Of a stretch of DNA of 64,000 nucleotides, positions 53,350 through 60,456 are shown in pieces (within the stretch, counting starts at the first letter, position 1; every line of letters begins with the position of its first letter). The notes beneath the pieces are model-generated. The model was not told where the DNA came from, did not search any database, and saw nothing but the letters and a program-made list of their open reading frames with translations. The DNA comes from Clostridia bacterium (lineage in GTDB: Bacteria > Bacillota > Clostridia > Oscillospirales > CAG-272): the NCBI GenBank assembly GCA_017428635.1, contig JAFRQK010000027.1, forward strand, positions 6,748 to 70,747, in the 5' to 3' direction. The position numbers were made by a program, and so were the translations under genes.

Positions 53350-54616
53350 ATCGAGGATCAAAATAGTCGTTCTGATAATGGCGTCTCTCGTGCTCTTTCT
53401 CGCGCTGACGCTCGGCGTTATCTACGTGTCGAGCCGCATTTCCGCCGGCGCGAAAAACGAGCAGATGCTGAAACGGTTCGTCGAGGGAACAAAAGAAGAA
53501 CTCAGGATCGATCAGGGCGGAGGGGAACCGCCCGTTGGGGAACCGCCCGAAGGTGAACCGCCTGCGGGATCGCCCGGCAGAGACCGCCGCGGAGAACCCG
53601 GGGACGATCTGTTCGGAGCGTCGACGTTCTACTCCGTCGAATTTGATTCGGCGGGCGAGGCCGTATCAGTCGACTCCGGCAGAAACGACAGCATAGACCG
53701 GGACGAACTCGTCGCCGCGGCGCGCGAGGCGGTCGCCTCGGGCAAAAAGGCCGGGCGTACGGGCAGATTCGTGTTCGCCGTCGAAGACAGAGCGGACGGC
53801 AAATTCGTCGCGTTCATCGACAGTTCGGTGACGGACGACAACCTGACGACGCTTCTGAAAAACGAACTGGTCATCGGCGGCGTCGCGCTGATCGCCGTCT
53901 TTATCCTTTCGCTCTTTATATCCTCGCGGATCATAAAACCGCTCGAGGAGAACGACAAGAGACAGAAACAGTTCGTCTCCGACGCGGGGCACGAGCTGAA
54001 AACGCCGATCTCCGTCATCAGCGCGAACACGGAGATCCTCTCGCGCGGGGGCGACAACGAGTGGCTCTCGAACATACGGTACGAGACGGAAAAGATGGGA
54101 TCGCTCGTGTGCGATCTGCTCCGCCTCTCACGGGCGGAAAACGCGGAGAGGGTGAACGAGGCCGTCGATCTTTCCCGCCTTGTCGAAGGCGAAGAGCTGC
54201 CGTTTGAGACGGTCGCGTTCGAACGCGGCGTCACGATAGACGCGGAAATTGCGGACGGCGTAGCGGTCGAGGGAGATCCGGGCCAGCTGAAACAGCTGAC
54301 GGCGATCCTGCTCGACAATGCGATCCGCCACGGAACGGGCGACCGGATAGTCCTCTCGCTCGGAGCGGATCACCGATCGGCGATCCTGCGCGTCACAAAC
54401 GACGGCGAGGAGATACCTAAAGAGGTCAGGGAACGGCTCTTCGAGCGGTTTTACAGACGCGACGAGGCGCGCGGGGCGGACGACGGTTTCGGCCTCGGTC
54501 TGGCGATCGCCAAGGCGATAACGGAGGCGCACGGCGGGTCGATCGGCGTCGGATGCCGGGACGGGAAAGTGGAATTCACCGTCACGCTCCCGCTGATCCA
54601 CGGAAAAAAATCATAA
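53339..54616 (+). CDS. Sensor histidine kinase
   Basis: ATG 53339 lies 7 nt after GAGG (the track starts at 53333). H-box SDAGHELKTPISVI, N-box LLDNAIRHG, G-box GFGLGLAIAKAI. Extracytoplasmic region with a Pro/Glu-rich stretch. Confidence 0.85.
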   Translation: MFRKSRIKIVVLIMASLVLFLALTLGVIYVSSRISAGAKNEQMLKRFVEGTKEELRIDQGGGEPPVGEPPEGEPPAGSPGRDRRGEPGDDLFGASTFYSVEFDSAGEAVSVDSGRNDSIDRDELVAAAREAVASGKKAGRTGRFVFAVEDRADGKFVAFIDSSVTDDNLTTLLKNELVIGGVALIAVFILSLFISSRIIKPLEENDKRQKQFVSDAGHELKTPISVISANTEILSRGGDNEWLSNIRYETEKMGSLVCDLLRLSRAENAERVNEAVDLSRLVEGEELPFETVAFERGVTIDAEIADGVAVEGDPGQLKQLTAILLDNAIRHGTGDRIVLSLGADHRSAILRVTNDGEEIPKEVRERLFERFYRRDEARGADDGFGLGLAIAKAITEAHGGSIGVGCRDGKVEFTVTLPLIHGKKS

Positions 54617-54672
54617 TTACTAACGGAAATAAATAAAACTTTCATATATTCGGAAGAACGGAGGATGAGAAG

Positions 54673-55218
54673 ATGAACATTACGCTTTACGGAGCCGCGA
54701 GCGAAAAAGTAGACGCGATCTACAAGGAAGAGGTCGAAAAACTCGGGGCGGAGATGGCGCGGCGCGGTCACACGATGGTGTTCGGAGGCGGCGCGTCCGG
54801 ACTGATGGGCGCGGCGGCGCGCGGGATGAAGGCGGGCGGCGGCAGGATAATCGGGATAACTCCCCGCTTTATCCACGAATTCGAGCCGATATTCGACGGC
54901 TGCACGGAACTGATCGATACGAAGACGCTGAGCGAGAGGAAGGACAAGATGGAGTCCCTCGCCGACGCGTTCATAATCGTGCCGGGCGGTATCGGAACGT
55001 TCGACGAGTTTTTCCAGATCCTTACCCTGAGATCTCTCGGAAGACACACGAAGCCGATCGTTCTTTTCAACGTCAAGAATTTCTGGGACAATATGCTCTC
55101 CGTCGTCGGATCGGATATGTTCAAGGGATTCATCGGCACTTACGTCGCGGACTGTTTCACGGTCTGTGAAACGGCGGAGTCGGCTTTCGCGTATCTCGAA
55201 GAAAAAGCGGGCAAATAA
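54673..55218 (+). CDS. LOG-family (TIGR00730) nucleotide 5'-monophosphate nucleosidase / cytokinin riboside-5'-monophosphate phosphoribohydrolase-like protein
   Basis: GGGASGLMGAAARG and PGGIGTFDEFFQ motifs. 181 aa. Confidence 0.85.
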   Translation: MNITLYGAASEKVDAIYKEEVEKLGAEMARRGHTMVFGGGASGLMGAAARGMKAGGGRIIGITPRFIHEFEPIFDGCTELIDTKTLSERKDKMESLADAFIIVPGGIGTFDEFFQILTLRSLGRHTKPIVLFNVKNFWDNMLSVVGSDMFKGFIGTYVADCFTVCETAESAFAYLEEKAGK

Positions 55219-55233
55219 TACGTATATAGTCGC

Positions 55234-55263
55234 AGTCCCCGTGCAGTTGCACGGGGACTTTTC
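55234..55263 (+). terminator. Rho-independent terminator; last element of the high-GC region
   Basis: AGTCCCCGTGCA-GT-TGCACGGGGACT, then TTTTC. Confidence 0.75.
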
Positions 55264-55389
55264 AATTGTGTATGCCACAAGTTAAAAACGTCTGTTTGTT
55301 TTAATCAGGAGTTCATCTTCCGCCGAATGAAGTTTTTGTTCATTTTCATCCAGTAAAATAAGGTATAGATTTATTTGGATGTGAATAAA

Positions 55390-56235
55390 ATGAAAGAACG
55401 TTTTTTGGGTGAAAAACAACTCGAAGAATTCAGGGAACACCTTATCCGCGGAGAAAAAAGCAAGGCGACGGTTGAAAAATACGTAAGAGACGTAGAGGCG
55501 TTTGCATCATTTGTAAAAGGAAACGAGATTTTGAAAGAGACTGTGATAGCGTATAAAAACGCACTACAAAAAGACGGATATGCACCCAGAAGCATCAATT
55601 CAATGCTTGCGAGCGTTAACAGTTTTCTTTCATTTCTCGGGTGGCATGACCTAAGAGTAAAATCCATTCGAATCCAACATCAGATTTTTTGTTCGGAAGA
55701 AAAAGAACTGTCGAAAGCGGAATTTTCGCGCCTTGTTGAAGCCGCAAAAGCAAAAAGTAATGAGCGGTTGAGTATGATCCTTCAAACGATCTGCGGGACC
55801 GGGATCCGCGTGAGCGAACTTCAGTTTATTACCGTTGAAGCGGTAAAACGCGGCGAGGCAATGGTCTCATGTAAGGGAAAAACCCGCTCGGTGTTTATCG
55901 TACGTGATTTACAGAAAAAATTGCTTCGATATTTATCGGAGCACGAAATAACCGCCGGAAGCGTATTTATCACACGCAGCGGCAAGCCCATAAGTCGAAC
56001 GAATATTTGGCGTGATATGAAATCCTTGTGCGTTGAAGCAAACGTTGATCCGGGAAAGGTGTTTCCGCACAATCTGCGTCATTTGTTTGCCCGTGTCTTT
56101 TACGGAATCGAGAAAGATATAGCAAAATTAGCAGATGTTCTCGGTCACAGCAGTATTGATACCACGCGTATTTATATAGTGAGCACCGGCGCAGAACACC
56201 GCAAGCGAATGGAGAGAATGAAGCTGATAATATAA
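55390..56235 (+). CDS. Tyrosine site-specific recombinase (phage-integrase/XerD-like family); predicted invertase of the adjacent switch
   Basis: ATG 55390 lies 5 nt after GGATGTGA (the track TTG is at 55375). N-terminal SAM-like core-binding domain (LEEFREHLIRGEKSKATVEKYVRDVEAF). Catalytic contexts GTGIRVSELQFI (Arg), HNLRHLFA (His-x-x-Arg), GHSSIDTTRIY (His...Tyr). Confidence 0.85.
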   Translation: MKERFLGEKQLEEFREHLIRGEKSKATVEKYVRDVEAFASFVKGNEILKETVIAYKNALQKDGYAPRSINSMLASVNSFLSFLGWHDLRVKSIRIQHQIFCSEEKELSKAEFSRLVEAAKAKSNERLSMILQTICGTGIRVSELQFITVEAVKRGEAMVSCKGKTRSVFIVRDLQKKLLRYLSEHEITAGSVFITRSGKPISRTNIWRDMKSLCVEANVDPGKVFPHNLRHLFARVFYGIEKDIAKLADVLGHSSIDTTRIYIVSTGAEHRKRMERMKLII

Positions 56236-56257
56236 AAAAGCCGCCATTGAGCGGCGG

Positions 56258-56281
56258 ATGATTACATAATCGGTATTATGT
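56258..56281 (+). repeat. Left inverted repeat (IR-L) of the putative invertible element
   Basis: ATGATTACATAATCGGTATTATGT. Its exact reverse complement occurs at 56497-56520. Confidence 0.95.
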
Positions 56282-56327
56282 CATAATAAAGCGACCGACA
56301 AGTTCCATACACATATATATATGCTTT

Positions 56328-56356
56328 ATAATAACACACGACGGGGATTAAGTCAA
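56328..56356 (-). promoter_or_regulatory. Strong promoter inside the invertible core, currently pointing left (TTGACT-17 nt-TATTAT, with a TGn extension)
   Basis: Minus strand: -35 at 56356-56351 and -10 at 56333-56328, preceded by TGT. Confidence 0.6.
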
Positions 56357-56416
56357 TAAAGCAAAGCAAAATAATGAACGTTTTTTTATCAAATCATTAA
56401 GAACTGCAACGAGATC

Positions 56417-56470
56417 CCCCTTATACGGTTTGTCAAAAACCGAAAATTAAGGGGCTCTTTTTTTGCGCTC
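56417..56470 (+). terminator. Hairpin + T-run inside the invertible core, active for rightward transcription in the present orientation
   Basis: CCCCTTA (56417-56423) pairs with TAAGGGG (56448-56454). Inner stem CGGTTT/AAACCG. Followed by CTCTTTTTTTGCGCTCTTTTTT. Confidence 0.55.
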
Positions 56471-56496
56471 TTTTTTGTGCATATTCAGACGATGTA

Positions 56497-56520
56497 ACAT
56501 AATACCGATTATGTAATCAT
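56497..56520 (-). repeat. Right inverted repeat (IR-R)
   Basis: ACATAATACCGATTATGTAATCAT, the reverse complement of IR-L. Confidence 0.95.
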
Positions 56521-56539
56521 TATTTTTTGGAGGCGAAAA

Positions 56540-57034
56540 ATGGTAAAAAAAATGCTGGTTATTCTGTTGGCTTCAACCCTTTTGCTTAGCTTATTAACAA
56601 TTTCAGCTTGCAAAAAAGAAGAAGGGAATGAGAATAAAACGGATGGGAAGGCGGCATACGGTCTAGCCGTCGAAAAAGGATATGAAGGGACAAAAGAGCA
56701 ATGGATCGCCGCTCTGGTCGGCGAAACGGTCCCCGGCGAGAACGAGACCGCGTATGACGTGGCATGTAACCGCGGATATACCGGTTCGTTCGACGAATGG
56801 ATGAAAGCCCTGACGGGATATACGGTCGAGGACGAAACAACCCCCGCATACGGAGTTATGGTAACGAAAGGGTATTCCGGATCTTTGACGGAATGGTTGA
56901 ACTCTCTTGTCGACGCGCCGGAGGAGCTCGGGCATTCGACCGGAGAGAACAAATCGGAATATGAACTCGCTTGTGAATACGGCTTTGAAGGGACTTATAT
57001 CGAGTGGATGGTGTCCCTTGTGAGTAAATATTAA
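56540..57034 (+). CDS. Small lipoprotein made of four copies of a ~24-aa (S/A)AY-x-(L/V)A-x3-G(Y/F)-x-G(T/S)-x3-W(L/I/M)-x-(S/A)L motif
   Basis: GGAGG lies 6 nt upstream. Lipobox LLTISAC. Repeats AAYGLAVEKGYEGTKEQWIAALVG, TAYDVACNRGYTGSFDEWMKALTG, PAYGVMVTKGYSGSLTEWLNSLV, SEYELACEYGFEGTYIEWMVSLV. Confidence 0.7.
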   Translation: MVKKMLVILLASTLLLSLLTISACKKEEGNENKTDGKAAYGLAVEKGYEGTKEQWIAALVGETVPGENETAYDVACNRGYTGSFDEWMKALTGYTVEDETTPAYGVMVTKGYSGSLTEWLNSLVDAPEELGHSTGENKSEYELACEYGFEGTYIEWMVSLVSKY

Positions 57035-57063
57035 AAAAAATTTAAAGATGGAGGACAGAAATT

Positions 57064-60000
57064 TTGAAGAGACTCAAAAAGCTTCTCTCTGTCATTCTGG
57101 CGGTCGCTATGCTGGCGACGTTCGGGATGACAGCCCTTGCAGCGGACGTTGAGTACGTTGACGTTGCAAAGGGAGATCGGTATTACGATCAGATAATACT
57201 GGTGTCAAAAGCAGGTATTATGGTGGGAAAGGACGAGACCCATTTCTCGCCGGACGATTACGTGACAAGGGCGGAGATGGCTGCAATTCTGTGGCGTCTC
57301 GAGGGAGAACCCGGGGGCTATACGTGTGATTTTGCAGACGTCGACGCGGGCGCGTGGTACTATCCCGCAGTTGCGTGGCTCAAGGTTTTCGGACTGGCGA
57401 ACGGTATCGGCGGAAATCGTTTTGCTCCGGAACAGACTCTTACCCGCGAACAGATGGCGGCGATGCTTTATCGCTACGCTTCTCATAAATTCATTATTTG
57501 GGTGACGCCGATTGAACTCGGGAATTACGCGGACGGGAAATCTGTTTCTTCATATGCAGAGGACGCTGTAAAGTGGATGATAATGTACAACGTTCTTCAG
57601 GCAGACGGGGACAAGATCCGTCCTGCAGATCCCGCTACACGTGCTGAAGTCGCTTCCGGAGTGTCGATCTTCTTTATGGAGGACGGCAGACTCGTTAATA
57701 CAGGCGGCAAGTCGGCTTACGATCTCGCCGTTGAAAACGGGTATACCGGAACGGTTCAGGAATGGCTCGCTTCTCTTGCCGGAGCGAACGGCAAGGATGG
57801 TGTCGACGGCAAGGACGGAAAAGACGGTCAAAACGGAAAATCGGCGTATGATCTTGCCGTGGAGAACGGTTACGTAGGAACCGTTGAAGACTGGCTTGCA
57901 TCTCTTGTCGGCGCACCGGGTAAAGACGGCGTTGACGGCAAAGACGGCGTTGACGGAAAAGACGGCGTCGATGGCAAAGACGGCGTTGACGGCAAAGACG
58001 GAGTCGATGGCAAAGATGGTGTCGACGGTAAAGACGGGGTCGATGGCAAGGACGGCGTTGACGGAAAAGACGGCGTTGACGGCAAAGACGGCGTCGACGG
58101 CAAAGACGGAGTCGACGGTAAAGACGGCGTTGACGGTAAAGACGGCGTCGACGGCAAAGACGGAGTCGACGGTAAAGACGGCGTTGACGGTAAAGACGGC
58201 GTCGACGGCAAAGACGGCGTTGACGGTAAAGACGGCGTCGACGGTAAAGACGGCGTCGATGGTAAAGACGGAGTCGACGGTAAGGACGGCGTGGACGGAA
58301 AGTCCGCTTACGATCTCGCTGTTGAAAATGGCTTCACCGGTTCCGTTCAGGATTGGCTGGCGTCGCTTTCGGGTGACGGCAAAAACGGTGAGAACGGCAA
58401 GTCCGCATATGATCTTGCCGTGGAGAACGGTTACGTAGGAACCGTTGAAGACTGGCTCACATCGCTTGTCGGAGCTCCCGGTCGCGATGGCGTCGACGGC
58501 AAAGACGGCGTCGACGGTAAAGACGGCGTCGATGGCAAAGACGGCGTTGACGGCAAAGACGGAGTCGATGGCAAAGATGGTGTCGACGGTAAAGACGGGG
58601 TCGATGGCAAGGACGGCGTTGACGGCAAAGACGGCGTTGACGGCAAAGACGGCGTCGATGGAAAAGACGGCGTCGATGGAAAAGACGGAAAAGACGGTGC
58701 TGACGGGAAATCCGCATACGAACTCGCTGTAGAAAACGGATTCGAGGGGTCCCTTCAGGATTGGCTGGCGTCGCTTTCGGGCGACGGCAAAAACGGTGAG
58801 GACGGCAAGTCCGCATATGACCTTGCCGTGGAGAACGGTTACGAAGGAACCGTACAGGATTGGCTCGCATCGCTTTCGGGCGACGGCAAGAACGGCGAGG
58901 ACGGCAAGTCCGCATACGAACTCGCAGTCGATCACGGATATAACGGATCGGAAATCGAATGGCTCCGCTCTCTTGCCGGTGCAAACGGCAAGTCTGCTTA
59001 TGAGCTCGCCGTCGATCACGGCTATAACGGGTCGGAGATCGAATGGCTTGCGTCACTGGTCGGTGAGACCGGTGCAGACGGCAAATCAGCGTACGAGGTC
59101 GCCGTTGATCACGGCTATAACGGATCGGAGACCGATTGGCTCGCTTCTCTTATAGGTCCTTCCGGCGCAAAGGGAGCTGACGGAGCAAACGGCAAGTCCG
59201 CTTACGAACTCGCCGTTGAAAACGGATACGAAGGCGATCTCGTTTCGTGGCTCGATTCGCTCCGCGGTAAGGACGGCAAAGACGGTGTCGACGGTAAGGA
59301 CGGACAGGACGGCAAAGACGGCGTCGACGGTCAGGATGGCAAGTCCGCATATGAGGTCGCGGTTGAGAACGGATATCAGGGAAGCGTAACGGAATGGCTT
59401 GTCTCCCTTATCGGCGCTTCCGGACGTGACGGCGTTGACGGTAGAGACGGCGTTGACGGAAAAGACGGGCAGGACGGCGCTCCCGGTCGTGACGGTGTCA
59501 ACGGTCAGGACGGTAAATCTGCATTTGAAGTCGCGGTTGAGAACGGATACCAAGGAAACGTTACGGATTGGCTGCTCTCTCTTGTCGGCGCTCCCGGTCG
59601 TGACGGAGTCGATGGTAAAGACGGAGTCGACGGCAAAGACGGCATCGACGGCAAAGACGGCATCGACGGCAAAGACGGTGTCGACGGTAAAGACGGTATT
59701 GACGGAAAAGACGGACAGGACGGTCAGAATGGAGCGGGCGTATCGAACGCGTACGTAAACGATGAACTTCATCTTATTCTTGTCCTCTCCGACGGCACCG
59801 AGATTGACGCAGGGTATGTTGGCGTGTCTGGACAAAATCAGCCTGTAACGAATCAGTATACGGTAACGTTCAAGGATTGGGACGGAACCGTTTTGAAAAC
59901 TCAGACAGTTAATGCAGGCGAGGATGCTGTTCCTCCTGTCATTCCGACACGTGATGGTTATACCTTTACTGGCTGGAGCGAATCATATACTAATGTGACG

Positions 60001-60444
60001 GCAAGTATTACTGTTTGTGCAAATTATTCCGAAAGTATATCTGGCGCAACGTTTATTGTTGATAGCTTTTCGGCAAATGCTGGTGAAACGGTAGATGTAA
60101 CAATCAGGGTAAAGAATAATCCCGGAGTGGCAGGCGCAATTCTTACATTTACATTTGATGATCATCTTTCCTTGATTTCTGCATCACCCGGTGAAGCATT
60201 TTCTGAACTCCAGCTTACCAAACCTGGGAAATTCGTATCTCCGTGTAATTTCCCATGGGATTCCGAAAGTGGAATGGCAACAGATGACGGCGTCATCTTG
60301 ACATTGCAATTTAAAGTATCTGAGAATGTTTCATCCGGTGATAAACTAAATATTGTTTGCTCATATAAAATTGGCGATATCTATGACGAAAATCTTGATA
60401 ACGTTAGTTTCAGTATTATTAATGGTTGTATTACTGTAAAATAA
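57064..60444 (+). CDS. SLH-anchored collagen-like surface protein with a C-terminal cohesin domain
   Basis: TTG start 8 nt after GGAGGA. Signal peptide ...FGMTALA. Three SLH repeats. 12 copies of KSAY(D/E)LAVENGY.G....WL.SL.G interleaved with G-X-Y tracts (GKDGVD)n. Listeria-Bacteroides type repeat YTVTFKDWDGTVLKTQTVNAGEDAVPPVIPTRDGYTFTGW. Cohesin FIVDSFSANAGETVDVTIRVKNNPGVAGAILTFTFDD...NFPWDSE...ILTLQFKV. Confidence 0.8.
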   Translation: MKRLKKLLSVILAVAMLATFGMTALAADVEYVDVAKGDRYYDQIILVSKAGIMVGKDETHFSPDDYVTRAEMAAILWRLEGEPGGYTCDFADVDAGAWYYPAVAWLKVFGLANGIGGNRFAPEQTLTREQMAAMLYRYASHKFIIWVTPIELGNYADGKSVSSYAEDAVKWMIMYNVLQADGDKIRPADPATRAEVASGVSIFFMEDGRLVNTGGKSAYDLAVENGYTGTVQEWLASLAGANGKDGVDGKDGKDGQNGKSAYDLAVENGYVGTVEDWLASLVGAPGKDGVDGKDGVDGKDGVDGKDGVDGKDGVDGKDGVDGKDGVDGKDGVDGKDGVDGKDGVDGKDGVDGKDGVDGKDGVDGKDGVDGKDGVDGKDGVDGKDGVDGKDGVDGKDGVDGKDGVDGKDGVDGKSAYDLAVENGFTGSVQDWLASLSGDGKNGENGKSAYDLAVENGYVGTVEDWLTSLVGAPGRDGVDGKDGVDGKDGVDGKDGVDGKDGVDGKDGVDGKDGVDGKDGVDGKDGVDGKDGVDGKDGVDGKDGKDGADGKSAYELAVENGFEGSLQDWLASLSGDGKNGEDGKSAYDLAVENGYEGTVQDWLASLSGDGKNGEDGKSAYELAVDHGYNGSEIEWLRSLAGANGKSAYELAVDHGYNGSEIEWLASLVGETGADGKSAYEVAVDHGYNGSETDWLASLIGPSGAKGADGANGKSAYELAVENGYEGDLVSWLDSLRGKDGKDGVDGKDGQDGKDGVDGQDGKSAYEVAVENGYQGSVTEWLVSLIGASGRDGVDGRDGVDGKDGQDGAPGRDGVNGQDGKSAFEVAVENGYQGNVTDWLLSLVGAPGRDGVDGKDGVDGKDGIDGKDGIDGKDGVDGKDGIDGKDGQDGQNGAGVSNAYVNDELHLILVLSDGTEIDAGYVGVSGQNQPVTNQYTVTFKDWDGTVLKTQTVNAGEDAVPPVIPTRDGYTFTGWSESYTNVTASITVCANYSESISGATFIVDSFSANAGETVDVTIRVKNNPGVAGAILTFTFDDHLSLISASPGEAFSELQLTKPGKFVSPCNFPWDSESGMATDDGVILTLQFKVSENVSSGDKLNIVCSYKIGDIYDENLDNVSFSIINGCITVK
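57910..58305 (+). repeat. Collagen-like tract 1: 44 uninterrupted G-X-Y codon triplets, 21 copies of an 18-bp GGN-AAR-GAY-GGN-GTN-GAY unit
   Basis: Counted directly from the sequence. Units differ only at synonymous third positions. Confidence 0.95.
58471..58713 (+). repeat. Collagen-like tract 2: 27 G-X-Y triplets; shares an identical ~90-bp block with tract 1
   Basis: The block GGCAAAGACGGCGTTGACGGCAAAGACGGAGTCGATGGCAAAGATGGTGTCGACGGTAAAGACGGGGTCGATGGCAAGGACGGCGTTGAC occurs in both tracts. Confidence 0.9.
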
Positions 60445-60456
60445 GGAGAATATACC

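Larger units (their letters stand above)
56258..56520. promoter_or_regulatory. Putative invertible DNA switch (inverton): 24-bp IRs + 215-bp core
   Basis: Perfect IRs; a recombinase gene ends 22 bp upstream; the first downstream ATG lies 19 bp after IR-R; the core contains an outward-facing strong promoter and an oppositely oriented terminator. Confidence 0.7.

Noticed and set aside
55264-55389. Search for a tRNA gene or att site at the island boundary
   Set aside because: I could fold no cloverleaf-like structure by eye. Only a weak 5-bp hairpin (TTCAT...ATGAA) is present. A tRNAscan or Infernal run would be needed to exclude one formally.
56475-56503. Plus-strand promoter candidate TTGTGC-17 nt-CATAAT at the IR-R junction as the main driver of the downstream genes
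   Set aside because: It matches consensus much less well than the minus-strand TTGACT/TGnTATTAT promoter inside the core. I keep it only as a possible basal promoter within the switch finding.
57910-58713. Tandem 18-bp arrays considered as a CRISPR-like or non-coding satellite array
   Set aside because: There are no unique spacers. The periodicity is a multiple of 3 with only synonymous variation, inside a continuous ORF. This is a coding collagen-like repeat.
57550-59835. Long minus-strand ORFs (489 aa, 249 aa, and PSTPSL-repeat ORFs) antisense to the collagen gene
   Set aside because: They are artefacts of the periodic 18-bp repeat, which is open in several frames. The plus frame alone links a signal peptide, SLH repeats, G-X-Y tracts and a cohesin.
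55390-60444. Interpretation of the island as a prophage fragment (integrase + collagen-like tail fibre)
   Set aside because: No capsid, terminase, tail or lysis genes are visible. The collagen protein has a Sec signal peptide and SLH wall anchors, and the recombinase abuts perfect IRs. A cellular phase-variable surface locus fits better, although a phage ancestry for the motif/collagen module remains possible.
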